NCBI GenBank assembly: GCA_032718475.1
Contig: JAUCBJ010004072.1
Span: 1-42,612 of the forward strand
Source of the DNA: Nemertoderma westbladi
Lineage: Eukaryota; Animalia; Xenacoelomorpha
DNA: 42,612 nt
Reading direction: 5' to 3'
Below are positions 24,805-35,592 of this stretch, one piece after another (positions within the stretch are counted from its first letter, which is position 1; each line of letters opens with the position of its first letter). A program made the position numbers and the translations under genes. The notes beneath the pieces are model-generated. The model ran no database searches. It was not told the origin of the DNA and saw only the letters and a list, made by a program, of their open reading frames with translations.

Positions 24805-26668
24805 AAATCACTTGCAGGTTTTTCTATATACCGTTGTTATAAAACCCCCTCGTTGACGTTCAATGAGAATATCAAGGAAAGGGATCTTTCCATTAATCTC
24901 GATTTCAACAGTTACCTGTATTCTAGGATTTTTACTGTTTAGTGATTTTACCCATTCATACAAGTTTTGCCGGGATCCAATAAAAGCCACAAGGTAATCA
25001 TCCATGTACCTAAATGAAAAGCCAACATATCCTCCGACTTCACCAGCACGTTGATCCATGTCCTCCTCCCAGTCTCCCATATTTTAATCTGCACCAATAG
25101 GTGAATAGTTTTTGCCCATTGCAAAACCATGGTGTTGTTTGTACCATCTATCTGCACCATCTGTATGTACCACTAGATTAGTATTATCTATCGAGAGTTT
25201 CAAAAATTGAACTACCTCTTTAGGTGTTAAAGGAGTGACCTCACCTAGTTCTTCATGAAAATCTCGAGTCTATCTTAAGGTAAAGGAAGGGCCTCATCAG
25301 TTGGTATCGATGTGAACATCACTGATACGTCAAGGGATACCAATATACAGTTGTCAGCAAGGAAATCATGCTCATGAATAATCTCCAGGGCCTCGAGTGC
25401 ACTGCTAATAGACTTCCTGGGTTTTAGTAGAATTTGTAGACAATCATTTAGGTGTTTGTTCATTGTAAAATCAACACCACGATAGCCAGGGCATATAGGT
25501 CGCAATTTCAAATTCTCAATCCAAAAGGTTTTTCTGATTCGTTAGTTGATGTTGATTCAAATTTATGTGTTTTTACTTTGCCATAGTATGGCGCAGCTCT
25601 ACTTGAGTTAATCTCAGTTGTTTATATAACTGGTATCGTGGTGGGTCATTATCTTTTAGCCAAGCATCTCTTCTACGATCTTTCACAGGAGGGGCTGCAA
25701 AGACAGACAGCAGTTTTTCTCTAAATAGTTTGACATACGTAGGTGATGGATCAGATTTCAATTCCTTATATAAAGGTGGTTTTAAATCTTTGGTGATTAT
25801 CTCGTAATCTACTCTATTCATAAACAACAAGCGAACGGTTCTTATCAGCTTTCACCACAATAATATTAGGATCACAACGTAGCTGTTTAATAATATTGCA
25901 TACCTTGGTTTCGATGAGTGAGTTGAGGTTTGGTTTTAGCCATATCTAGCACTACATTAGATGAGTTGTGTTGAAAATCTGAAATTGCCTCGAGTGAAAC
26001 ATCATTTTCTGGAATTTTACTGGTCGCCAAACCAATAACATTCTGACAACATGGCGGGTGCGGTGACAACGCACCACCACATCCAGTGTAGGATTCTTAG
26101 GAGGTTTCAATGCGAAATTCGCACCTAGTGAAAGCACAGCATGTTCCTCATCAGTAAGAGTTTTATCCGAAAGGTTGATAACTGTTTCTTTTCATCCTTT
26201 TATTCTATTGCTCTTATTTCGAGAAAACACATGATTGTTGCTTAACCATAAATCCACAAATTTTTTATCTTTTCGAAGTTGACAGACCTGGAATTCTTGG
26301 CGGAAAGTTTGATCTGCGAACTGTATTATTGACTGCAGGAAATTTGATGGAATGCGATCCCAAAAACGATTCAACACCGATTTACGTTGTGCTTCCAAAG
26401 AGAAAACATCGGACCGTGTTTTATTTCTCATTGACCGAACTCGTTCAAATTCCGCTTTTTTCAACCACTTCCCATCAGCTGATGATTGTAGATGAAGATT
26501 ATTCAACCGTAAACCTTTGGGAACAAGGTTAGCGTGCAGACAGTCGCGAAGGAAGAACGAGTGTGATTGACTGCGAGCTAGCTTTCGCGTAAGTGTGACA
26601 TATTCATTAACCTGTTTGCGGAACACCCGACCAAGGGTGGAAATATCAAGGTTATGTACTGTTGCCAA
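24805..26668 (-). mobile_element. Penelope-like element: N-terminus and RT, decayed, 3'-truncated at the 24-bp satellite
   Basis: Collinear PLE motifs across broken frames: HSFFLRDCLHANLVPKGLRL, VINLSDKTLTDEEHAVLSLGANFA, IVVKADK, KLRPI, LVSLDVSVMFTSIP, FRYMDDYL, VEIEINGKIPFLDILI, TTVYRK. Confidence 0.92.
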
Positions 26669-27177
26669 ACCGAAACTAACGGATTTACAGAACTCCAGTG
26701 TTGTCTACTCCATCCGGTGTAGTTGTGCTAAAAGATATATGGGTGAAGCAGGACAAGGGTGTTGGGCTCACCAATCATCTAAGTCAGCTTTCGGGGGGTA
26801 TAAAAACTGTACTCCAAATTTTGACGAGGCAAAAATACTGTATCGTGAGAATAACCCTTTCTGAGATTGCTTATTGAATCTGCGTTTATTAGGATATATG
26901 AACGTCATGAAGACATCGTATATGAAAGTAACACAGACACATCTATTAACAGAAACTTGGGGGCTGAACTAAGCGACAGCTGGTTCCCTTCAATTACTCG
27001 TTTTCTTAATTGAAAACATTATTGGAACAAAAACTCATTCTTCAGTATTTCTGTCTAATAAACTCCAATATTATTGTGCTTGAAAAAGTTCGTAATTTAG
27101 CGTACGAAACGACGCACTACTTATATTACACTTGTGTGGTTGTCAGTCCTTCACTTTAATATTAATTTTATTATTCT
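26669..27177 (+). mobile_element. Penelope-like GIY-YIG endonuclease / 3' end (pseudo-LTR) in inverted orientation relative to the adjacent RT
   Basis: SVVYSIRCSCAKRYMGEAG (GIY-YIG-type VVY-x-I-x-C...Y-x-G-E), NFDEAKILYRE, LLIESAFI, NRNLGAELSDSWFP, followed by an AT-rich non-coding tail. Confidence 0.85.
27076..27117 (+). ncRNA. Minimal type I hammerhead-ribozyme-like motif (U3-A8 core variant), probably degenerate
   Basis: GTGC-TTGAAAA-A-GTTCG(TAATTTAG)CGTAC-GAAAC-GAC-GCAC: stem I GTGC/GCAC, core UUGAnAA, stem II with one mismatch, GAAAC. Sits in the PLE pseudo-LTR, where such motifs are known to occur. Confidence 0.6.
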
Positions 27178-28416
27178 ATATAGAATTAGACCTCACACAG
27201 GGAAACTGCTGCGTAAGAGCCAAAACGGATTTCGACCAAATAGATTCAACAATAGGTCAGATACTTGCACTACGGAGACTGATTGAAGGAATTAAGTCAA
27301 AGAATCTCCCCGCAGTCATGACTTTTGTGGACTTCAAGGTGGCATTCGACTCCATTCATAGAGGTAAAATGCCTGAAATCCTAAGAGCTTATGGAATACC
27401 AGAAGTAATTGTTGCAGGCATTGGATGGTTATATTGTGATACAGAAGCGCAGGTACTCTCACCAGATGGTGAAACTGAGTTCTTCTCAAACCTGGCTGGC
27501 GTACTGCAAGGTGACACATTGGCGCCATTACTATTTCTAATTGTACTGAATTACGCAATGAGGACGGCCACAAAGGGTGAAGATCTGGGATTCACACTTC
27601 AAGAACGCAGAAGTAGTAGATATCCGGCATCTACAGTCGCAGGCACCGACTTTGCGGATGACATCGCCCTGCTCTCTAATACGCTAGCAGATGCACAGCT
27701 TCTACTAAATAAAGTGGAGAGGGCTGCCAAGGAGATTGGATTGCATATAAATGCTACCAAGACCGATTCATGACCTTTAATGTTGATGGAAACTTGACAA
27801 CCATTGATAATAATCAACTAAGGAAGGTCGACGACTTCCAGTACCTTGGATCATAGATAGAGAGTAGCAAAAAGGACATAGAAGTTAGGAATGCAAAGGC
27901 TTGGGTAGCTCTATCAAAAATGGATACCATCTGGAAATCAGATCTCTCCAGGCACCTGAAGTCCAAGTTCTTTCGAGCCACAGTGGAGAGTGTATTATTT
28001 TTATACGGGGGTGAGACCTGGACACTGACTAAATCACTTGAACAACGAAGTGATGGTTGCTACACAAGACTACTAAGGGTAGCCTTAAACATCAGCTGGA
28101 GACAACACAGGACAAACGCCGAACTTTACGGTACAATGCCACCTGTATCAACCACCCTCCGTGAACGCAGATTAAGATTCAGTGGGCACTGCTGGCGAAG
28201 TAAAGACGAGGTCTTACCAGATATACTTTTCTGGCAACCAACTCATGGAAAGCGTAGTCGTGGACAACCGGCCATAACATATATAGGTCAACTTGAAAGG
28301 GACACTGAACTTGGGAGAAACAAAATTTCAACAACTATGGAGAATCGGGAAGCCTGGAAGGATCTCATTTCCTCTGTCCGAGTTCGCTCGACCTAGTAGT
28401 AGTAGTAGTAGTAGTA
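27178..28416 (+). mobile_element. RTE-clade LINE family A, 5'-truncated copy (RT to 3' end) with (TAG)n tail
   Basis: QILALRRLIEG, FVDFKVAFDSIHR, GVLQGDTLAPLLF, DFADD, C-terminal domain ending RVRST* at 28396, then ~7 TAG repeats. Has frameshifts and a stop. Confidence 0.94.
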
Positions 28417-28420
28417 TGGA

Positions 28421-29294
28421 ACTATTTTCATAATATTTCCTTAGAAACTTCTTATATGCTACTTTTGTTAGGTGGATATGATGACTAGGGTTCATAGAAA
28501 TGTAATAAAATGTGTGTAAAATTGCAAAGTTCAAACTTTGCTCGTCTGTATTTCAAAACGACGATGGATTCTGTTCTTGAGATTTGGTAGGTGATTAAAG
28601 GGAATAAAACACTTTCAAAATATTTTACATTTGAGTTTGTTTACATTCCTGTTGCCATGGTAATAAGTATAATGAAAAATTTGAATAATTGTCTACCAAT
28701 TCTATAAAACACCATTTTTATTCGGTTTGTCGGTCTAAATAATAAGTTAAAATTGCCAGCATTTTATTTTATAATTCGTCAATTGTGAATCATATTTCTA
28801 AAGGACGATATTTGCCAATAAACAAAACTGTCCAATCAGAGAGCAAGACCTGTGGTAGCATGATTTTTACATTCCAGAATGTTAAATTTCGGTTAGCAAT
28901 TATTCGAAACAAAGGACAGCCACCAGGCATGTTTGTTGCAAATCATATAAATAGTAAATAAGAGCCCAATTTCTAGCTGGCGGTCATAATGGGAAAATAT
29001 CGTATACCCATCACCATGGAAACGGGGTTGAAAAAATATTTAAATGTAAAATATTTTGATAGAATTTTATTCCCTTTACTCACATATAAAATCTCAAGAA
29101 CAGAATCAGAATCCCCAATCGTCTTGAATTACTACAGGCGCGCCAAGTTTGAACTTTGCATCCGGTTACCTTGACAACAACAATGTACAAATTCCAGAAA
29201 GACATTTTATTACATTTCTATGAACCCTAGTCATCATATCCACCTAACAAAAGTAGCATATATCAAGTTTCTAAGAAAATATTATGAAAATAGT
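28421..29294. mobile_element. Foldback/MITE with ~250-bp inverted arms; left tip apparently lost at the RTE junction
   Basis: ACTATTTTCATAATATTT...GGTGGATATGATGACTAGGGTTCATAGAAATGTAATAAAATG is mirrored at ~29203-29294. Further mirrored blocks include TGCAAAGTTCAAACTT and TTCTGTTCTTGAGATTT. Confidence 0.85.
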
Positions 29295-29612
29295 GTCATA
29301 AATAGGAAAATGATCGGTTTTTCCGCTAATTTCAGGAATCCGCTCTCTGCATGACCTGTTATTTAATACCGCTACCGGTACACCTTGGATATGATACAGG
29401 TAGGCCAGGCCTACCATGATCGGAACTCTTATTGGCAGTTAGGTACCGGTAGCTGGCAGGTACGTGGTTGCTACTTGCTGGTTGAATGTCATTAATAATT
29501 ATAAGATTGGAATTGTGTAGTCCTACCAATGCAATATGGTAGGCCTACCTTTTATACTACTGTACTAGGCCTATGGCGTTCATTCCATTAGGCCTATTAA
29601 CAATACTGCAAT

Positions 29613-30947
29613 ATGATGTATACCGGTACCCGCGTATATATAGCGGCGTTCCTGGTTGCCGTAGTAACCGCATCCGATGCTACAGACTCCCGTAACGCCG
29701 GCAGTAGTAGCCCAACCTACATTGAACAAGTAGTGAGTCACGACTATTACAGCAGTGAGTGGCTGTCCGCCGGGTGCGATACCTATTGGGTTGCCTTAGA
29801 TGGCCTGGATGGAGTTGTTTCGCTAACCGATTCTCTTCTCACCCCATCCGACGGACTTCGATACGAAGTTGTCTACCTAGACTTCAAGTTCCCCTACTAC
29901 GATATGAACGTGAGTAACGTATCCATTAGCAACGGGGGGTTTATGTGGGTCTCGAACGCCAGTAAACATGCGTTCTTATCGGATGTGCAATACGTGGCCC
30001 CGCTGAAACTGAAGGCGGGTTACGGGCGTGGCAACGGGGGCGGAATCCGGTACCATCAGGACGCGACGAGACTGGTTGTCCTGTGGGATCGCGTCGATAT
30101 CCCCTCCGCTAGTATAACAACCTCCAACTCAAGTACAGCCCCTGAAACTAATTATATCACAGTAACTTTCCAAGCTATTTTATTTTCCAACGGATCTATT
30201 ATCTTCCTTTACAAAAACTTCCCTTTATCGAATTCGGTACAGTTTGTATCGGGTATTAGCGACGCCTACGCAGATATCGCCCTGTTTACCAATATAATCA
30301 CCGTAACCGAGTACCATAAAGTGAGTCTGGATGTGTCCCGCATCCGTTCCGGGGCCGGGTACCGTATCCACCCGCTGCCTACCTGTGTCGCCCACACAGA
30401 CTGCCCCGGTTGTCTCGGCAGCGAGAGCTCGCTCACCTGCTACTGGTGTCCGGCCATAGCGCTGTGTTCCAACACGATGGATAAAAATCGACGGTTTTGG
30501 GTGGCGGCGCGGTGCGACTACAAGAGTTCTCAGTGCGAGTCGAGTCGCGTGAGCCTCACGCCATCAAACCCCGCTCCGGTGAGCCACACGCCACCGAACC
30601 CCGCTCCAGTGAGCCACACGCCACCTAACCCCGCTCCAACCAACCCCGTACTCCCTGACTCCAACCCCACTACTACCGAACTCCAACCCAACGAGTTCTC
30701 TACTGTTGTAGAACCCGGTTTACTTTTCGCCTTGGCGGTTGGTTTTGTTGTACTCCTTTTCGTTTCCGGCTGGGTTTTCTACGCTTACCGACACCCCAAC
30801 TCGCCCTCGGGTATGTTCCTTATTGAACACAGACCCATGTTGCTATGGAGGCGAGATCCCCCCACTGGTTCTACAGACAACGACCCTTCTAGTCTACGTA
30901 ATCTACAACATTGGCGATCTCTAGATGATGACTCAGTTGAATCTTAA
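29613..30947 (+). CDS. PLXDC2: Plexin domain-containing protein (PLXDC1/2-like), single exon, 444 aa type I membrane protein
   Basis: Signal peptide; NIDO-like region (LDFKFPYY...ISNGGF...QYVAPL...VLWDRV...TFQAILFSNGSIIFLYK...SGISDAY); PSI domain (PTC..HTDCPGC..CYWCPAIALCS..W...C); Pro/Thr stalk; TM helix; tail YAYRHPNSPSGMFLIEHRP resembling the conserved PLXDC motif. The PLXDC1 versus PLXDC2 label is nominal for an invertebrate. Confidence 0.88.
   Translation: MMYTGTRVYIAAFLVAVVTASDATDSRNAGSSSPTYIEQVVSHDYYSSEWLSAGCDTYWVALDGLDGVVSLTDSLLTPSDGLRYEVVYLDFKFPYYDMNVSNVSISNGGFMWVSNASKHAFLSDVQYVAPLKLKAGYGRGNGGGIRYHQDATRLVVLWDRVDIPSASITTSNSSTAPETNYITVTFQAILFSNGSIIFLYKNFPLSNSVQFVSGISDAYADIALFTNIITVTEYHKVSLDVSRIRSGAGYRIHPLPTCVAHTDCPGCLGSESSLTCYWCPAIALCSNTMDKNRRFWVAARCDYKSSQCESSRVSLTPSNPAPVSHTPPNPAPVSHTPPNPAPTNPVLPDSNPTTTELQPNEFSTVVEPGLLFALAVGFVVLLFVSGWVFYAYRHPNSPSGMFLIEHRPMLLWRRDPPTGSTDNDPSSLRNLQHWRSLDDDSVES
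30548..30640 (+). repeat. In-frame 30-bp tandem repeat (VSHTPPNPAP x3) in the PLXDC stalk
   Basis: GTGAGCC.CACGCCA...AACCCCGCTCC occurs three times. Confidence 0.85.
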
Positions 30948-31540
30948 TTATCAACCCTATTTATTATAGTTGTCTGTTGTAAATATCTCTCGTATTATAT
31001 TTATATACTGTAGGTAATTGTATGTAGTTTAGATATAAATATTGTGTTTGGCGTCACATTGATTATTTATTCTCCAGTCGTTAGGTAACTCGATTGTTGC
31101 AGAATTTTTTATGCAGAAACTACTTAATGTTAACAAAGATGCAATAATTGTTAATTAATTTACTTAAATTAGTTACAGTTAGTGGTAGGTGTTCGAGCGC
31201 GGTTCGAGATTAACTAAACGTCAAGGGATCATTAAACATATAAACGTGTTACGTAATTTTATTCCACTCGATCCCACAGCTCTTCAAAGCCACACATCTA
31301 CAAAAATTTCGATGAATTTGGATAATTTAATTTGGATGTTTTTCAGATTTTTTTTAAATAAATTGGAAGGGATTGCCTGTTACGACAATAATTGCTAATA
31401 TTCTATTTTTTCCTACGAAAAATTATAAAAAGATGTAAATTATGTAAGTCGGGTTGAGATGAGATAAATTCTTTTGAATTATGTAAGTCGGGTCGAGATG
31501 AGATACTACAGGATCGGCATGCTGCATTGCAGCTGCATTT

Positions 31541-32063
31541 TTAAGAATGCTGTGCCGGCTTGTCAACAAAATTGCACCGCCACAACTCCCTATCACCCAT
31601 GACATTTGCTAGATCATCCGCATCTTCAAGGCCAGTGTCCTTTAAGATGCGTCTCAAGAAAGTCATTGGCTGTCCACCATGCTTATTCACTCCATGAGGC
31701 TGCCAAAGTACAAGATTATGCACTGGCTGGTCCTCACGGCGAAAGCATTGTCCTGCAAAGCGGAGGCGATTTTGTTCTAGTGTCAACCTTGGGGGAACCA
31801 ATGAGATACCTCCAATGTTATAGAGTGTCTGGTTGGAGATGTGTGCATTGTATTTGACACAATGAACCCGGCGTAGCATTCTTGTGAATGTGCCATCCAG
31901 AGATTTGGTGTTCTCAGCAGTTAGAGCCCAGCATGGACTCCCATAGAGGAGTACTGGAACTACTGCTGCTCTAAATAATCGGACCTTAAGTGTCCGATTA
32001 ATTCTCGGTGACTTCCAAATCCAGGAAAGCTTATTAAGGCTGCCCATGCCTTTCCCTTACGTA
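31541..32063 (-). mobile_element. RTE family B 3' fragment; its 5'-truncated end abuts the 40-bp satellite
   Basis: IWKSPRINRTLKVRLFRAAVVPVLLYGSPCWALTAE...RLRFAGQCFRR. 31904-32063 closely matches 19160-19320. Confidence 0.92.
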
Positions 32064-35000
32064 GTTGATCCTTAGTCCTTTGTAGTTGATTGGTAGTAGC
32101 CCGGTGCGTAGTATAGCGTTTGTAGTTGATTGGTAGTAGCCCGATGCGTAGTATAGCGTTTGTAGTTGATTAGTAGTAGCCCGATGCGTAGTATAGCGTT
32201 TGTAGTTGATTAGTAGTAGCCCGATGCGTAGTATAGCGTTTGTAGTTGATTGGTAGTAGCCCGATGCGTAGTATAGCGTTTGTAGTTGATTAGTAGTAGC
32301 CCGATGCGTAGTATATCGTTGTAGTTGATTAGTAGTAGCCCGATGCGTAGTATATCGTTGTAGTTGATTAGTAGTAGCCCGATGCGTAGTATAGCGTTTG
32401 TAGTTGATTAGTAGTAGCCCGATGCGTAGTATATCGTTGTAGTTGATTAGTAGTAGCCCGATGCGTAGTATAGCGTTTGTAGTTGATTGGTAGTAGCCCG
32501 ATGCGTAGTATAGCGTTTGTAGTTGATTGGTAGTAGCCCGATGCGTAGTATATCGTTGTAGTTGATTAGTAGTAGCCCGATGCGTAGTATATCGTTGTAG
32601 TTGATTAGTAGTAGCCCGATGCGTAGTATATCGTTGTAGTTGATTAGTAGTAGCCCGATGCGTAGTATAGCGTTTGTAGTTGATTAGTAGTAGCCCGATG
32701 CGTAGTATAGCGTTTGTAGTTGATTGGTAGTAGCCCGATGCGTAGTATAGCGTTTGTAGTTGATTAGTAGTAGCCCGATGCGTAGTATATCGTTGTAGTT
32801 GATTAGTAGTAGCCCGATGCGTAGTATATCGTTGTAGTTGATTAGTAGTAGCCCGATGCGTAGTATAGCGTTTGTAGTTGATTAGTAGTAGCCCGATGCG
32901 TAGTATATCGTTGTAGTTGATTAGTAGTAGCCCGATGCGTAGTATATCGTTTGTAGTTGATTGGTAGTAGCCCGATGCGTAGTATAGCGTTTGTAGTTGA
33001 TTAGTAGTAGCCCGATGCGTAGTATAGCGTTTGTAGTTGATTAGTAGTAGCCCGATGCGTAGTATAGCGTTTGTAGTTGATTAGTAGTAGCCCGATGCGT
33101 AGTATATCGTTTGTAGTTGATTAGTAGTAGCCCGATGCGTAGTATAGCGTTTGTAGTTGATTAGTAGTAGCCCGATGCGTAGTATAGCGTTTGTAGTTGA
33201 TTAGTAGTAGCCCGATGCGTAGTATAGCGTTTGTAGTTGATTAGTAGTAGCCCGATGCGTAGTATAGCGTTTGTAGTTGATTAGTAGTAGCCCGATGCGT
33301 AGTATAGCGTTTGTAGTTGATTAGTAGTAGCCCGATGCGTAGTATATCGTTTGTAGTTGATTAGTAGTAGCCCGATGCGTAGTATAGCGTTTGTAGTTGA
33401 TTAGTAGTAGCCCGATGCGTAGTATAGCGTTTGTAGTTGATTAGTAGTAGCCCGATGCGTAGTATAGCGTTTGTAGTTGATTAGTAGTAGCCCGATGCGT
33501 AGTATAGCGTTTGTAGTTGATTAGTAGTAGCCCGATGCGTAGTATATCGTTTGTAGTTGATTAGTAGTAGCCCGATGCGTAGTATATCGTTGTAGTTGAT
33601 TAGTAGTAGCCCGATGCGTAGTATAGCGTTTGTAGTTGATTAGTAGTAGCCCGATGCGTAGTATAGCGTTTGTAGTTGATTAGTAGTAGCCCGATGCGTA
33701 GTATAGCGTTTGTAGTTGATTAGTAGTAGCCCGATGCGTAGTATAGCGTTTGTAGTTGATTAGTAGTAGCCCGATGCGTAGTATAGCGTTTGTAGTTGAT
33801 TAGTAGTAGCCCGATGCGTAGTATAGCGTTTGTAGTTGATTAGTAGTAGCCCGATGCGTAGTATAGCGTTTGTAGTTGATTAGTAGTAGCCCGATGCGTA
33901 GTATAGCGTTTGTAGTTGATTAGTAGTAGCCCGATGCGTAGTATAGCGTTTGTAGTTGATTAGTAGTAGCCCGATGCGTAGTATAGCGTTTGTAGTTGAT
34001 TAGTAGTAGCCCGATGCGTAGTATAGCGTTTGTAGTTGATTAGTAGTAGCCCGATGCGTAGTATAGCGTTTGTAGTTGATTAGTAGTAGCCCGATGCGTA
34101 GTATATCGTTGTAGTTGATTAGTAGTAGCCCGATGCGTAGTATAGCGTTTGTAGTTGATTAGTAGTAGCCCGATGCGTAGTATAGCGTTTGTAGTTGATT
34201 AGTAGTAGCCCGATGCGTAGTATAGCGTTTGTAGTTGATTAGTAGTAGCCCGATGCGTAGTATAGCGTTTGTAGTTGATTAGTAGTAGCCCGATGCGTAG
34301 TATAGCGTTTGTAGTTGATTAGTAGTAGCCCGATGCGTAGTATATCGTTTGTAGTTGATTAGTAGTAGCCCGATGCGTAGTATATCGTTGTAGTTGATTA
34401 GTAGTAGCCCGATGCGTAGTATAGCGTTTGTAGTTGATTAGTAGTAGCCCGATGCGTAGTATAGCGTTTGTAGTTGATTAGTAGTAGCCCGATGCGTAGT
34501 ATAGCGTTTGTAGTTGATTAGTAGTAGCCCGATGCGTAGTATAGCGTTTGTAGTTGATTAGTAGTAGCCCGATGCGTAGTATAGCGTTTGTAGTTGATTA
34601 GTAGTAGCCCGATGCGTAGTATAGCGTTTGTAGTTGATTAGTAGTAGCCCGATGCGTAGTATAGCGTTTGTAGTTGATTAGTAGTAGCCCGATGCGTAGT
34701 ATAGCGTTTGTAGTTGATTAGTAGTAGCCCGATGCGTAGTATAGCGTTTGTAGTTGATTAGTAGTAGCCCGATGCGTAGTATAGCGTTTGTAGTTGATTA
34801 GTAGTAGCCCGATGCGTAGTATAGCGTTTGTAGTTGATTAGTAGTAGCCCGATGCGTAGTATAGCGTTTGTAGTTGATTAGTAGTAGCCCGATGCGTAGT
34901 ATAGCGTTTGTAGTTGATTAGTAGTAGCCCGATGCGTAGTATAGCGTTTGTAGTTGATTAGTAGTAGCCCGATGCGTAGTATAGCGTTTGTAGTTGATTA

Positions 35001-35592
35001 GTAGTAGCCCGATGCGTAGTATAGCGTTTGTAGTTGATTAGTAGTAGCCCGATGCGTAGTATAGCGTTTGTAGTTGATTAGTAGTAGCCCGATGCGTAGT
35101 ATAGCGTTTGTAGTTGATTAGTAGTAGCCCGATTCGTAGTATAGCGTTTGTAGTTGATTAGTAGTAGCCCGATGCGTAGTATAGCGTTTGTAGTTGATTA
35201 GTAGTAGCCCGATGCGTAGTATAGCGTTTGTAGTTGATTGGTAGTAGCCCGATGCGTAGTATAGCGTTTGTAGTTGATTAGTAGTAGCCCGATGCGTAGT
35301 ATAGCGTTTGTAGTTGATTAGTAGTAGCCCGATGCGTAGTATAGCGTTTGTAGTTGATTGGTAGTAGCCCGATGCGTAGTATAGCGTTTGTAGTTGATTA
35401 GTAGTAGCCCGATGCGTAGTATAGCGTTTGTAGTTGATTAGTAGTAGCCCGATGCGTAGTATATCGTTTGTAGTTGATTAGTAGTAGCCCGATGCGTAGT
35501 ATATCGTTGTAGTTGATTAGTAGTAGCCCGATGCGTAGTATAGCGTTTGTAGTTGATTGGTAGTAGCCCGATGCGTAGTATAGCGTTTGTAG
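32064..35592. repeat. Satellite, 40-bp unit (TAGTTGATTAGTAGTAGCCCGATGCGTAGTATAGCGTTTG), left block ~88 copies
   Basis: Direct reading; 39-bp variants (TATATCGTTG) are most frequent near the left end. Confidence 0.98.

Noticed and set aside
20259-24811. Long minus-strand ORFs (MLLLLGYF)n and (ARLLYATT)n
   Set aside because: By-product of a 24-bp unit lacking stops in two frames. Frames are broken by 14- and 26-bp units, and there is no unique coding sequence.
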